This document shows positions 1-10,662 of a stretch of 32,000 nt of DNA, in pieces. Position numbers and translations under genes: made by a program. The stretch comes from Methanothermobacter thermautotrophicus str. Delta H. Lineage in GTDB: Archaea; Methanobacteriota; Methanobacteria; Methanobacteriales; Methanothermobacteraceae. A model generated the notes under the pieces. The model had not been told where the DNA came from. It searched no databases and saw nothing but the letters and a program-made list of their open reading frames with translations. Location: contig NC_000916.1 of the NCBI RefSeq assembly GCF_000008645.1, positions 30,001 to 62,000 of the forward strand, written 5' to 3'. The stretch's first letter is position 1, and each line of letters opens with the position of its first letter.

Positions 1-1269
1 ATCCTCAGGATAGAGGACACGGACCCCCGCAGGGTTGACCCGGAGGCCTACGATATGATTCCAGCCGACCTTGAGTGGCTGGGCGTTGAATGGGATGAGA
101 CAGTTATCCAGAGCGACCGCATGGAAACCTACTATGAGTACACAGAGAAACTCATAGAGAGGGGTGGTGCGTATGTATGCACATGCAGGCCGGAGGAGTT
201 CAGGGAACTCAAGAACAGGGGAGAGGCCTGTCACTGCAGGTCCCTTGGTTTCAGGGAGAACCTCCAGCGATGGAGGGAAATGTTCGAGATGAAGGAGGGC
301 TCAGCCGTTGTGAGGGTTAAAACGGACCTGAACCACCCAAACCCTGCCATAAGAGACTGGGTCTCAATGAGGATCGTTGAGGCAGAGCACCCACGCACCG
401 GTACACGCTACAGGGTCTACCCCATGATGAACTTCTCAGTGGCGGTTGATGACCACCTCCTTGGCGTGACACACGTCCTGAGGGGTAAGGACCACCTGGC
501 AAACAGAGAGAAGCAGGAGTACCTCTACAGGCACCTTGGCTGGGAGCCCCCCGAATTCATACACTACGGGCGCCTGAAGATGGACGACGTTGCACTCAGC
601 ACCTCGGGGGCCCGTGAGGGCATCCTCAGGGGTGAGTATTCTGGATGGGACGACCCACGCCTCGGAACCCTGAGGGCCATTGCAAGGAGGGGTATACGAC
701 CGGAGGCCATAAGAAAGTTAATGGTTGAAATCGGCGTAAAGATAGCAGATTCCACAATGAGCTGGAAGAAGATCTACGGCCTCAACAGGAGCATCCTCGA
801 AGAGGAGGCCAGGAGGTACTTCTTTGCTGCAGATCCTGTTAAACTTGAAGTGGTGGGTTTACCCGGACCTGTCAGGGTTGAAAGGCCCCTACACCCGGAC
901 CACCCTGAAATCGGGAACAGGGTACTTGAACTGAGGGGTGAGGTGTACCTGCCGGGCGATGACCTTGGGGAAGGACCGCTGCGCCTCATAGACGCGGTTA
1001 ACGTGATCTACTCTGGGGGTGAACTGAGGTACCACAGTGAGGGCATCGAGGAGGCCCGTGAACTCGGCGCTTCAATGATACACTGGGTCCCTGCAGAGTC
1101 CGCCCTTGAGGCCGAGGTCATCATGCCGGACGCCTCCAGGGTGAGGGGAGTCATCGAGGCTGACGCATCAGAACTGGAGGTTGATGATGTTGTGCAGCTT
1201 GAGAGGTTCGGCTTCGCCCGCCTGGATTCTGCAGGCCCAGGAATGGTCTTCTACTATGCCCACAAATGA
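1..1269 (+). CDS. gltX: Glutamyl-tRNA synthetase, 5'-truncated by window edge (frame open from base 1: ILRIEDTDPRRVDPEAYDMIPADLEWLG...)
   Basis: Open frame continues upstream of the listed ATG at 55 to base 1. Class I GlxRS features: RIEDTDPR, 'GRLKMDDVALSTSGAR' near the KMSKS position, archaeal-type C-terminal beta-barrel region. Confidence 0.95.
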   Translation: MLRIEDTDPRRVDPEAYDMIPADLEWLGVEWDETVIQSDRMETYYEYTEKLIERGGAYVCTCRPEEFRELKNRGEACHCRSLGFRENLQRWREMFEMKEGSAVVRVKTDLNHPNPAIRDWVSMRIVEAEHPRTGTRYRVYPMMNFSVAVDDHLLGVTHVLRGKDHLANREKQEYLYRHLGWEPPEFIHYGRLKMDDVALSTSGAREGILRGEYSGWDDPRLGTLRAIARRGIRPEAIRKLMVEIGVKIADSTMSWKKIYGLNRSILEEEARRYFFAADPVKLEVVGLPGPVRVERPLHPDHPEIGNRVLELRGEVYLPGDDLGEGPLRLIDAVNVIYSGGELRYHSEGIEEARELGASMIHWVPAESALEAEVIMPDASRVRGVIEADASELEVDDVVQLERFGFARLDSAGPGMVFYYAHK

Positions 1270-1458
1270 TTTTTCTGTTTTCTGGGGTTTATAATTCCTT
1301 TTTTAACAGGGTATCCCTGAGAAAGAATTTTTTGTTTTCCAGCAGTGATCCGGCTTCTTCACAGGCTGGGGATTCAGCACAGCAATTTTTATTAACTCCA
1401 GTGGACTACATGATAATATCATTCTTCTCGTGTTGAATTAACTTCTGGAGGATAAATC

Positions 1459-2691
1459 ATGGTGACTGTAAACGAGAACTACCTGCTACTTAAAAGCAGC
1501 TACATATTCTCCGAGATAAACAGGAGAGTTGAGGAATTCCAGAGAAAAAATCCTGACGCTGACATAATCAGGATGGGTATAGGTGATGTGACAAGGCCCC
1601 TCCCGGAGGCAGTTGTTGAGGCCTTCCACAGGGCCGTTGATGAGATGGCAGAGGAGGAGACATTCAGGGGCTACGGACCGGAACAGGGATACCCCTTCCT
1701 CAGGGAGGCCATAGCAGAGAACGACTACGCTTCAAGGGGAGTTGATATCACAGCAGATGAGATCTTCATAAGCGACGGTGCCAAGTGCGACACAGGAAAC
1801 ATCCAGGAGATCTTTGGACTCGACAACGTTGTCGCTGTCACAGACCCTGTCTACCCTGTTTACGTTGAGAGCAACGTCATGGCAGGACGTGCCGGCCCGG
1901 CAGACGACGATGGAAGATACAGTGGACTTGTCTACCTCCCATGTACAGAGGAGAACAGCTTCATACCCTCCCTCCCAGAGGAGAGGGTGGACCTCATCTA
2001 CCTCTGCTACCCCAACAACCCCACAGGAACAACACTGACAGAGAAACAGCTTGCTGAGTGGGTGGACTATGCAAGGGACAGTGGCAGCTTGATACTCTTC
2101 GATGCAGCCTACGAGGCCTACATCCAGGAGGATGGGATACCCCACAGCATCTACGAAGTCGAAGGTGCAAGGGAAGTCGCGATTGAGTTCAGGAGCTTCT
2201 CAAAGAACGCGGGCTTCACAGGTACAAGGTGTGCCTTCACGGTTGTACCTGAAGAACTTGAGGTCCCTGACAGCAGCGGAAGGATGCACTCTGTGAGGGA
2301 ACTCTGGAACAGGCGCCAGACAACAAAGTTCAACGGAGTCTCCTACCCGGTCCAGAGGGCGGCCGAGGCTGTCTACACACCTGAGGGGCAGCGGGAGATA
2401 AGGGAATCCATTGATTACTACATGGAAAACGCCAGGATAATAAGGGAAAGCCTTGAAAGGGCAGGTTTAAGGTACTATGGTGGTGTAAACGCACCATACA
2501 TCTGGATAAGGACGCCCGAGGGAATGGACTCCTGGCAGTTCTTTGACACCCTCCTCAATGATGCTGAGGTCGTTGGGACACCGGGCTCAGGTTTCGGACC
2601 AAGTGGTGAGGGTTACTTCCGTCTCACAGCCTTCAACTCCTTCAGGAACACTGTGAAGGCCATGGAGAGGATATCAGAGCTGAGCTTCTAG
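1459..2691 (+). CDS. dapL: LL-diaminopimelate aminotransferase (class I/II PLP aminotransferase)
   Basis: 410 aa ORF with [79 protein letters not shown]; typical DapL motifs. Purine-rich ggaggat upstream of ATG. Confidence 0.93.
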   Translation: MVTVNENYLLLKSSYIFSEINRRVEEFQRKNPDADIIRMGIGDVTRPLPEAVVEAFHRAVDEMAEEETFRGYGPEQGYPFLREAIAENDYASRGVDITADEIFISDGAKCDTGNIQEIFGLDNVVAVTDPVYPVYVESNVMAGRAGPADDDGRYSGLVYLPCTEENSFIPSLPEERVDLIYLCYPNNPTGTTLTEKQLAEWVDYARDSGSLILFDAAYEAYIQEDGIPHSIYEVEGAREVAIEFRSFSKNAGFTGTRCAFTVVPEELEVPDSSGRMHSVRELWNRRQTTKFNGVSYPVQRAAEAVYTPEGQREIRESIDYYMENARIIRESLERAGLRYYGGVNAPYIWIRTPEGMDSWQFFDTLLNDAEVVGTPGSGFGPSGEGYFRLTAFNSFRNTVKAMERISELSF

Positions 2692-2751
2692 ATGATACTG
2701 ATTGTTGATGGTAGAGCAGTCACCATCACGGAAAAATAAATAATTAATTTT

Positions 2752-3336
2752 TTAATTCATGGCTGAGTTTATTGCCATATATGCGACACTGGTACCCATG
2801 TCGAGGTCCCTCTGGACTGTTGATGGGCTCTTTGTCCTCGTCCACCTTGACCAGTCACTCCTACCGTTGAGGTAGCCCTGCTTCATCAGTGTGTAGAGGT
2901 CCCCTGACACATACTTTATTCTGGGTGCAAGGTACAGCGCCTGCCTCTCATAGCCTGTATGGAGTGATGATGACTCCCCGCTCACACAGTGGGGGGCGCT
3001 GAAGGTGTCTGTTATGTAGTGGCTTGCAACCCCGAAACAGTAACTCGCATACCTGTAGTTCCTGTTCCTGTAGGCACTCCTTCCACGGTCGAGCCATTTC
3101 TTCGCCTCGGTGAAGCTCCTGGGGAAGCTGTGTCTCACTGTATCATGGAACTTCTCATCAGGGTCGTTGGACCCGTCGACCATGGCGTTGAGGTTTAACC
3201 TGGGTTTCTTGTGGGAGGGTAGCTTCTCGTATATGGCCTCTGCTGTGTCGTAGTGGGTCACAGTCTTCCAGGCAAATGAGGCGGGTGTAAGGAGCATCAT
3301 AAGAACAAGGATTAAGGACACACCCCTTATCTTCAT
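2752..3336 (-). CDS. Secreted zinc-dependent phospholipase C / S1-P1 nuclease-like protein
   Basis: 194 aa, N-terminal signal peptide (MKIRGVSLILVLMMLLTPASFAWKTVTHYDTAEAI), plus KFHDTVRHSF and FGVASHYITDTFSAPHC His/Asp motifs. Confidence 0.6.
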   Translation of the reverse strand: MKIRGVSLILVLMMLLTPASFAWKTVTHYDTAEAIYEKLPSHKKPRLNLNAMVDGSNDPDEKFHDTVRHSFPRSFTEAKKWLDRGRSAYRNRNYRYASYCFGVASHYITDTFSAPHCVSGESSSLHTGYERQALYLAPRIKYVSGDLYTLMKQGYLNGRSDWSRWTRTKSPSTVQRDLDMGTSVAYMAINSAMN

Positions 3337-3430
3337 GGTGAAACCTCCATTTAGTGGGTGGTACCTTTACATGTATAAATTTATTGTTGAGAATGGTGTT
3401 ACTGATATAAAAAAGAAAAAGAGTGGGGGT

Positions 3431-6098
3431 TTATTTTCCTGCTCCGCCCCTGAGGAATCCGAAGGCCACAAGACCAGCGGCAACAAGGACACCCACGATA
3501 CCGTAGACATACCATGAGGAGTCACCGCCACTGGCGCCTGATGTAGCATTCTTAACCTCATAGGCCTTTGAAGGGGTTGATGCAGGCTCCTCTGACACTG
3601 AGGATGCAGCGCCCACCTCTGCGGGTGAAGCCGCAGTATCCACACCCGGTGAATAACCTGAGTGTCCGCCGCTGATACCACCAGCTGAACCTGAAGGAAC
3701 ACCACCGGTTGAACCTCCCTGGGTTCCTCCGTTGTTAACTGGTGTTCCACCGTTGTTCACAGGTATAAGGTCCTCGAGGGTCCTGTTGGATGGGATACTG
3801 AAAATATACTGAAGGGCATTCATGGAGCCAGTTCCACCTGCAAGGAGTATGCCAAGTTCCTCCTTGTTTATAAGACGTTCCGCGGCTGTACTGACAACCG
3901 GTGCTGATACCAGGTTTGGTGAGGAGTAATCATGCTTGTAGAGTCGGATGTACTCTTCGTAGGAGTTGGATCCTGATGCAAACCTTGGGCTCTGCCATGT
4001 GATAACTGCAACCCTTCCAGTGTTTGTCTTTTCATCCCATATTATGATGTAGCCCACCATTCCATTCATACCGCCGCCTGTTGTTTCCAGTGTTGTCTCA
4101 TCACTTGTCAGCCTCTGGTTGGCGTAGGTTCCCTGTCCCGCTGAAACACCGAGGAGCATGAAGAGTATGTCGTCCTTACAGTTATCGAGTGTTGTGACAT
4201 AGATGTACTTCTCGTTTTCCCCCTTGGGTAAGTGTTGAAGATGTAGTCGGCTATGAGGTAACCTGGTGAGCTTCCACCACAGACGTGGTTGTGGAAGAGC
4301 CAACCCATCAGCACGTCAAAGGGTGGATCGTATGGTAGGACCTCTTCTATTCTGTAATTGGATGAATTCTGAACAACAAGTGTTCCGCTTGTGATGTTGT
4401 AGTACATTGATTTGATTATCTTCTGTGTCCCGTTGATCAGACAGAAGTCGAATTTCAGCTGACCCCAGAGCGGTGCATGTACTGGTAGAAGTGTTTTCCT
4501 GCTGAGTCTTGATCCGAGGATGTCATAGATTCCATCCCAGATTGGACTGGTCTCCTGGTTGTTTAACCTGACGTAGCCTGCTGATGTGAGGACAAATAGC
4601 TGATAGTCATCCCTTTCAAGATTTATACCCATGGCCTGGAAGAGCTCTACAGCCTTCTCTGCCGCAAGGCGGCCGATGTTCTTGAGGTCCCCGTATGTTA
4701 GATTGCCTGTACTGTAACTGCTGTTAGATGGGGTTGCATTTATAAGGTTTGTCTGGTTGAGGATGTAGTTGAGGTCAAGCCCGGCTGCGGCGATGGTCGT
4801 GTTACCCTTTGTGGGTTCATATCCCATGAGGTAGTTTACCTGGTCCTGTGTGAGGTTGTCGAATGCGTAGAGGATCTTCACAAGGGTTTCTGGACTTGTT
4901 GTTAGTTTTTTAACTGCCCATGCGTTGAATTTAAGTTCTGATACTGCTGTTTCACCGGTTTCCTGTTTGTATTTGCTGATGAGGTCCTGAAGGTTGTAGG
5001 CCATTATGATAAGTGTACCTTTTTTTGTCTTTGAGTTCCATCGAATGAAACCCACAATGTTGGTGTCTTCAGTTGTGTTGAACCCCACATATGCCCTTTT
5101 ACCGGGTGTCGCATCCATGGCATATATGAAGACGTCATCGTCTGAACCGCCGGGTACACCTATGACCTGGTAGCTCACACCCTCCAGTGGTAGGCCGAAT
5201 TCATTTGTAGCAGGGTAGTATTTGAGGAGTGTTTCTATCATTCGTAGCCGCTGATTGTTCCCATGCAGACGTGGCCGTGGAATGCTGCTTCCCTGAGGAT
5301 GTCTGCTGAGAGTCCTATGGCCCAGGCGTTGGCCAGGCTTGCTATGGGGAATGTGTCGTTTCCAAGTTTTTTCTGCAGTGCCTGGTACTGTGTGAGGGTC
5401 ATATTCTGTGAGACCGTTCCAATGTAGATGGGTGTCATGCTGGCGTTTTTGAAGTAGGCGAGTATGAGGTCGTTACCTTTCCTTACTATGAATGCGAAGT
5501 CCAGTGGATCGAGTCTGGTTTTTCGGAGCATCAGGAGGTTTCCTTTACCATAGCTCACTATACCGCGGGCCTGGTTGAGTATACCCTCCAGGGCGTCCTC
5601 TGTCGTCTGGTTTTTGTAGTATGCTGTTCCTGCTGTTGTTATGACCAGGACCTCACCGGTTCTGGTGAAGTTGAGGATCTGGTCTGCCTTCTTTGTTGTT
5701 TCCCTTCCCAGTTTGTAGGCTTCTGTGGCGTTCATGGTGAGTGAAAGATGGGCTGCGTATACCGTGCCGTAGTCTGTTAGCTGGAAGGTATGTGAGAGTT
5801 CCCTGTATCCGGGGGCACGGATTTTTACTGTGAATTTTGTGGTGTTTGTGATGTTCTCTGGTAGTTGAATTTGATTTTGGTCATGTTTGCTGCCGGGTCA
5901 AATGTTCTGGTGAAGTTTATCTTTGTCCCGTTTTCGTCTGTCAGTTCCTGGATGTCAGGGTTGATATTGCCATTATCGTCGGCGTATTCATATTTGACGT
6001 CAACCCCCACCTCACAGTTTGTATCAGCTGCACTCACCGAACCTGTAAGTGCCACAGCAACGAGAAGAACCATGAAAACCATGAAATACTGTCTTTCC
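3431..6098 (-). pseudogene. Large secreted, C-terminally TM-anchored protein with FmdE-like motifs, split by about three 1-nt frame breaks (ORFs 5825-6208, 5238-5735, 4108-5241, 3431-4303)
   Basis: Signal peptide MERQYFMVFMVLLVAVALTGSVSAA. Coding continues across frames: ...KIKF / LPENITNTTKFTVKIRAPGYRE..., FHGHVCMGTISGY / MIETLLKYYP, FHNHVCGGSSPGYLIADYIFNTYPRG / ENEKYIYVTTLDNC. The C-terminus is a Pro/Gly/Ser/Thr-rich linker plus TM helix (WYVYGIVGVLVAAGLVAFGFLRGG). Either a decayed gene or sequencing indels. Confidence 0.6.
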
Positions 6099-6383
6099 AT
6101 ACCTTTTTCACCTCCTTTTAATTTTATCATTAAAAATAATGATCTTACTAACATATAAGTCTTAATTATTACTACTTGGGTGATGATGGGATGTATTGTA
6201 ATACTCACTGCTTTAAAAGGAGAACTGTATGGAATTATCCTGAGATGCTCAGAACAAAATAGTTTTAGAAGAACTGCATAAAGTGATCAATTAACTGAGA
6301 ATATGGTAGAAAAGAAAAAAGGATGGATTACTTTTTCCTCTCGATCTTGATCGCGATTGGAGGTTCAATTCCCTTCTTACGGA

Positions 6384-7219
6384 TCACCACACTGTGGCTC
6401 CGAGGACGAGGAGGATTATCAGCCATGCAGGTATCACGATGACCGTGTCGCTGGTCTCAAGGGTCTTTGTCTGATGGAAACGTCCATACTTTATCTCTGT
6501 CCGGGCGGTGTATGGTCCGAATTCAAGCCATCCCGGCTTCCATGTCTCAACCAGTGTGTAGCTGTCCTCAGGGTAGACGACACCATCGATGGGCACCCTC
6601 TGTTTACCGGTTATCCCAGTGAGTTCAATGGCCCCTGTCATGTTTGCCTGGACTGTACCTGTATTTTTGAGTTTGTAGGTGAACTACCGGGCATGAAGCT
6701 CAGAAGTATGGTGGGTGCTTTGTGGTCCTCCAGTTTGAGTGACTCGATGATCGGCCCGGGGAGACCCACATATATGGGTACCACCAGTTCGACTCCCTGG
6801 ACTATCTGTATCTGTCCAGTGGCTGCATTCTGGACCGGCACTCCCCTTATCACCAGGGCCCCTGCGGCGTCGAGGTAGTTTATCTTTCCAGGTGCGTTGA
6901 CCGTGAATCTTATCTTCCTTGACTCCCCGGGTTTTAGCCTGAAGGTCGTGTTACCTTCGATGGTGATCCACTGGGCTATACCCCTGTCAGAGTACACCAG
7001 GTTCACACTGTCCATGAGGAGCCTCTTCTTGGTCACGTTGACGCTTACCTCCTCCTTGCCGATGTTCCGCACCGTGACCTCGCCGCTCACTGAATCTCCT
7101 GGCTTGAGGTTGTATCGGAAGTCTGCCGGTGATGCCCAGAGGCCTGTTGCCACTGCAGGTGCCACGTATCCGACTATGAATATGATCATTAAGAGGGCTG
7201 TTAAGTGTCTGACTTTCAT
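6384..7219 (-). pseudogene. Secreted membrane-anchored protein with COG1470-like repeat character, split in two ORFs (193 aa + 85 aa) by a 1-nt frame break near 6690
   Basis: N-terminal signal sequence MKVRHLTALLMIIFIVGYVAPAVA, LKPGDSVSGEVTVRNIGKEEVSVNV, C-terminal TM (AWLIILLVLGATVW). Reading the next frame from about 6690 gives FTYKLKNTGTVQANMTGAIELTG, joining the two ORFs. Confidence 0.55.
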
Positions 7220-7307
7220 GGTTCATCCACCTTTAAAATGAGTTTAAATCTTAAGGTATTAAAAGATTTTTAAAAATAGGAAAAAAAGTTGGGTTTAGAA
7301 TTGGAGT

Positions 7308-7838
7308 TTATGGTGCAGGTGAGTTATGCTTCACTGCTGTGTATGTGTTTGTTATTGTGTATGTGCCGTCCTCTGTGAATGGGGGTACAAAGAGTCTGAG
7401 TGTTGTTGTCCATGTTGTCGGGGTACCTGCTCCCTGGGATGCCTTGTTCATGTTGTCATATATCTTAAGGGAGCTGGTTGTGATGTTCTGGTAGTTACCT
7501 GTGACATTACTGAAAATATTGAACCCTGTTATTGGTATTGTATCTGTAGCAGTTGGGCTTGTGAATGCTGATGCGTCTGCCTTGACGTAGAGGTCTATCT
7601 TGACGTTACCTGTGTTACTTACTGTGAAAGCAGGGCTTGTTCCTTCACTTCCTGCGGCAATGCTCCCGAAGTTAACATTCGGTACAACTATTGAGATGGC
7701 CTCTGGCACTGTAACTGTAACTGTCTGGCTTGCTGTTGCCGCGTAGGATGGTGAGCTGTATGCACCTATTGCCACCACAAACACAAGGGCAACCATAAGC
7801 GGGATTACTCCCATTAACTTTTCCCTCATATTGATCAC
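7308..7838 (-). CDS. Secreted surface protein, hypothetical
   Basis: 176 aa, signal peptide (GVIPLMVALVFVVAIGAYSSPSYAA), then beta-rich sequence TVTVTVPEAISIVVPNVNFGSIAAGS. Confidence 0.6.
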   Translation of the reverse strand: MINMREKLMGVIPLMVALVFVVAIGAYSSPSYAATASQTVTVTVPEAISIVVPNVNFGSIAAGSEGTSPAFTVSNTGNVKIDLYVKADASAFTSPTATDTIPITGFNIFSNVTGNYQNITTSSLKIYDNMNKASQGAGTPTTWTTTLRLFVPPFTEDGTYTITNTYTAVKHNSPAP

Positions 7839-8014
7839 CTGTATTTCAGATAAAAATTAATTGTCACAGCATGTTATATAAATCTTTTCATTTTTCGTGA
7901 CACCAGAAACATATATTTGAAGTATATGTGACTGAGTTCACAAAAACAGGTTTTCGATGGCAGCGGTTTGGTCAGGTTGCTGTGTAGATGAGTGTTGTCT
8001 GATAGGTACCGGGG

Positions 8015-8500
8015 TCAGTGTAGGGGGGTACCCGTGATGTAAAGGCTCATGGTTACACTCCTTGATCCATGGAGAAAGAACCCTCCGGTGTATGTCATTA
8101 TGGTCTGATCGGAGGTCGTGAAGGACCTCTTGCTAAGGCTGGGGGTGCTGAATTTGAGGCTGGATAGGGGTATCCTGAGTGAACTGTCAGCCGTGTTCAC
8201 AAGGTTCCCATCGGCCCTGACAGAAAGGGTATCCTGCCAGGCAAAGAAGTATGTCACAGTCGCTGTTACAGCGTTGGGGTAGCTCCTTTCGATGCCATCA
8301 GGGTAGACAGTCCCCAGGTTGATGCTTGAGGGCTCCACCTCTATTGATGCTGACAATGAGAGTGGCTGAACCCCACCCCCGCCTTTAACAGTTTTATTCA
8401 CTGCAGAGGAATTGTTACCTGTTTCATTTGCAGCCGCGGCTGTGAAGATTCCCCCCACGATTAGAAACAATAAAATCACGGAAATAACTGTCGTCCTCAT
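8015..8500 (-). CDS. Secreted hypothetical protein, probably same surface gene set as 7308-7838
   Basis: 161 aa, signal peptide (MRTTVISVILLFLIVGGIFTAAAA), similar 'IEVEPSSINLGTVYPDG' start. Confidence 0.55.
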   Translation of the reverse strand: MRTTVISVILLFLIVGGIFTAAAANETGNNSSAVNKTVKGGGGVQPLSLSASIEVEPSSINLGTVYPDGIERSYPNAVTATVTYFFAWQDTLSVRADGNLVNTADSSLRIPLSSLKFSTPSLSKRSFTTSDQTIMTYTGGFFLHGSRSVTMSLYITGTPLH

Positions 8501-8583
8501 GAAATCCCAACCTTCATATAATATTGCAAGAACACCTTTTTATATAATTTTCGATAGGTCGGGATGTCTTCCTTATTCCTGGA

Positions 8584-9336
8584 CTAGAGGGTGCGGATGA
8601 TCATCCTCCTCTTCGTGTGTCTCCTGAAGTCGAGGGATGTTGATACCCTGCTGAGGTACCTCCTGCTGATCCTAGCTGCCTCTCTGATTTCATCGTCACG
8701 GGGTCTGCGGGCGTCGAGGCTGTTACCATGGGCAACATACCCTGTTATCCTGTAGGGAACATCCCATACTGACAGGAACTCTGCAATCCCCTCAATCTCA
8801 TCAAGGTCAACAAAGCCAGGCACGAGGACCGTTGAGACCTCAATCCTCTCTGAACCTGAGAACTCCTCTATGCATTCAAGGACCTCCCTGTTGGACTCCC
8901 CGGTCAGCTGGATGTGTTTCTCCTCGTCGAGGGCCTTGAGGTCAACGTGGACCTCATGGAAGGTGCTCATCCATAGAACATCCCTGCGGGTGCCGTTGGG
9001 CGATATTGTCACATGGAAGTCTCCTGCGAGGATTTCGGTCAGTTCAGGAAGGTCCTCCTGGAGTGTGGGTTCACCCCCTGCTATGAGGACCCTCTCTACC
9101 CCGGTTTCATCACGGATCCTCTGGATTAGATCTGCTATCCTGTCTGGGGAGTGGTTCATACATCCTGATGGTTTGAAAAAGCAGTACCTGCACCTGAAGT
9201 TGCATGTTGGTGTCAGGACGGTTATGATGTCGCTTACAGATATGTGTGAGAGCTGGATGTGTTTCACCTCTGGATGGCATGTTTTTATATCTGTGGTATG
9301 TGTTATGGCCCGGTGTGTTTCACCTCGAAATGCCAC
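8584..9336 (-). CDS. Radical SAM protein (PFL/NrdG-activase-like)
   Basis: CNFRCRYC (CxxxCxxC) cluster motif, 'GGEPTLQ' and later SAM-fold segments. True start may be internal (e.g. near HIQLSHISVSDIITVLTP). Confidence 0.8.
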   Translation of the reverse strand: MAFRGETHRAITHTTDIKTCHPEVKHIQLSHISVSDIITVLTPTCNFRCRYCFFKPSGCMNHSPDRIADLIQRIRDETGVERVLIAGGEPTLQEDLPELTEILAGDFHVTISPNGTRRDVLWMSTFHEVHVDLKALDEEKHIQLTGESNREVLECIEEFSGSERIEVSTVLVPGFVDLDEIEGIAEFLSVWDVPYRITGYVAHGNSLDARRPRDDEIREAARISRRYLSRVSTSLDFRRHTKRRMIIRTL

Positions 9337-9468
9337 TATATCCTTCGTATGGTATATATGTGGCGGTCAATTTTGGCATGTTTTCAACCATATCTGCCAG
9401 CGGACCACCTCAGAGCAGGATCACCATTAACGTTGATGATGAATACATTGATGAGGGGTATATGATTT

Positions 9469-9813
9469 CTACAGATCCATTCTTTCCTCTTTGAACACCC
9501 TCAGAGACCTTGAAAGTGCTGTTGATTCTGCCATAGATGCTCCTATAAGGATCGCTAGTAGTATTTCATCACCACCCGCGTCCAGGCGTTTTGCAGCCTT
9601 AATATGTGTTTTAAGACAGTGTTCAGATCCAAGGGCTGCTGCAGCTCCAACCCCTATAAGCTCCTTTGTAACCAGTGGGAGCGCATCATTAGATAGAATC
9701 TTCTCCATTTTGTCATAATATGCTTCCAGGATCTCTGGCTCGTCCTCCAGGACTTTAAATATCTCTGGTATAAAACCAAAAAATTCCTCGATCTTTTCCA
9801 ATATTTTCTCCAT
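9469..9813 (-). CDS. Carboxymuconolactone decarboxylase / AhpD-like family protein
   Basis: 114 aa, alpha-helical, FFGFIPEIFKVLEDEPEILEAYYDKME, VGAAAALGSEHCLKTHIKAAKRLDAGGDEI (E-x-x-C-x-x-H-like motif). Confidence 0.75.
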   Translation of the reverse strand: MEKILEKIEEFFGFIPEIFKVLEDEPEILEAYYDKMEKILSNDALPLVTKELIGVGAAAALGSEHCLKTHIKAAKRLDAGGDEILLAILIGASMAESTALSRSLRVFKEERMDL

Positions 9814-10383
9814 CCCTTAACCCCCTACACACATTATATTGGTGGATAGTAGAATATAAAATCAGGTCTTGTGGAGATGCTGCTTCAGACCAGGCCCCCA
9901 TCCTGTTGTTTGCAACAGCCGTCAAAAAACCATATCCGGGGCTCTAAGATTACTAAAAAAATTCTGTCTGACCTATGAGGGCCCTAAACCCTGTGGCGTA
10001 GAAGAATAGGCCCTAAATTTTTTCATGGCTGGGGCTGCATACCATGATATGATCATTTCTTGATCATTCCAGACCCTACTTGAAGAGGAGGGTAGGGTTT
10101 CACTGTTTTACCTTCGTCATAGATCTATATAACGAATAAAACATGTGAAGGCAAGCAAGAAGAAAATTTTGATATTCAGTTCCTTCTTGGCAACCTAATA
10201 TCCTTCTATGTTCCCCTTTCGAGTATGCCTAGTGTAGGGGTTGATCCATTTCTTTCAGGTCATCCCGCAAAGAAGTAGAAGCTGAATAAAAACTTAAAAG
10301 GGGCTGCTATCTGAGGCTAAAAATGCCCTGAACCTCTTTATTTTGGTGTTGATTTGTTGGTTTGTTGTTGGGTTTAACGCTCC

Positions 10384-10662
10384 TCAAATATATGGCATAG
10401 AAAGGAGAAGTACACCTATTAGGGACATTATAACAAAAAGTGTTTCGAGCACACCTTTTTCCTCGCCTCTAAACACCTTCTTCGACAGAAAATAGATTAG
10501 CAAAAACATATTTCCCAGTAAAAGACACGTTAACAATATAATAGGTAGTTCAGGCCTAGTATGCAGTAAAGCCAACCTACTACACGTAACAGTAAAACCA
10601 ACAAAATTGTAAAACACGATAACGACCCCAAAAAAATAAAAAAGCTTAGATGTATGCTGCAT
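10384..10662 (-). CDS. Small multi-TM protein (family 1), putative immunity partner of the cassette at 10646-11134
   Basis: 92 aa, 3 hydrophobic segments. Start overlaps the cassette 3' end by 17 nt. Near-copy at 18605-18883. Confidence 0.55.
   Translation of the reverse strand: MQHTSKLFYFFGVVIVFYNFVGFTVTCSRLALLHTRPELPIILLTCLLLGNMFLLIYFLSKKVFRGEEKGVLETLFVIMSLIGVLLLSMPYI

Noticed and set aside
317-989. Minus-strand ORFs inside gltX and the plus/minus ORFs inside dapL
   Set aside because: Shadow ORFs on high-GC coding DNA with no recognisable protein features; overlapped by well-supported genes.
8870-9494. Plus-strand ORFs 8870-9430, 9246-9494 and 9259-9465
   Set aside because: Mostly antisense to the radical SAM gene and the CMD-family gene's flank, with no coherent domain motifs.
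9830-10380. Possible non-coding RNA or small genes in the AT-rich gap between the CMD gene and array 1
   Set aside because: No convincing stable structure, tRNA-like fold or ORF could be supported by eye. Part of it resembles the 18400-18500 flank and is better explained as duplicated array-flanking DNA.
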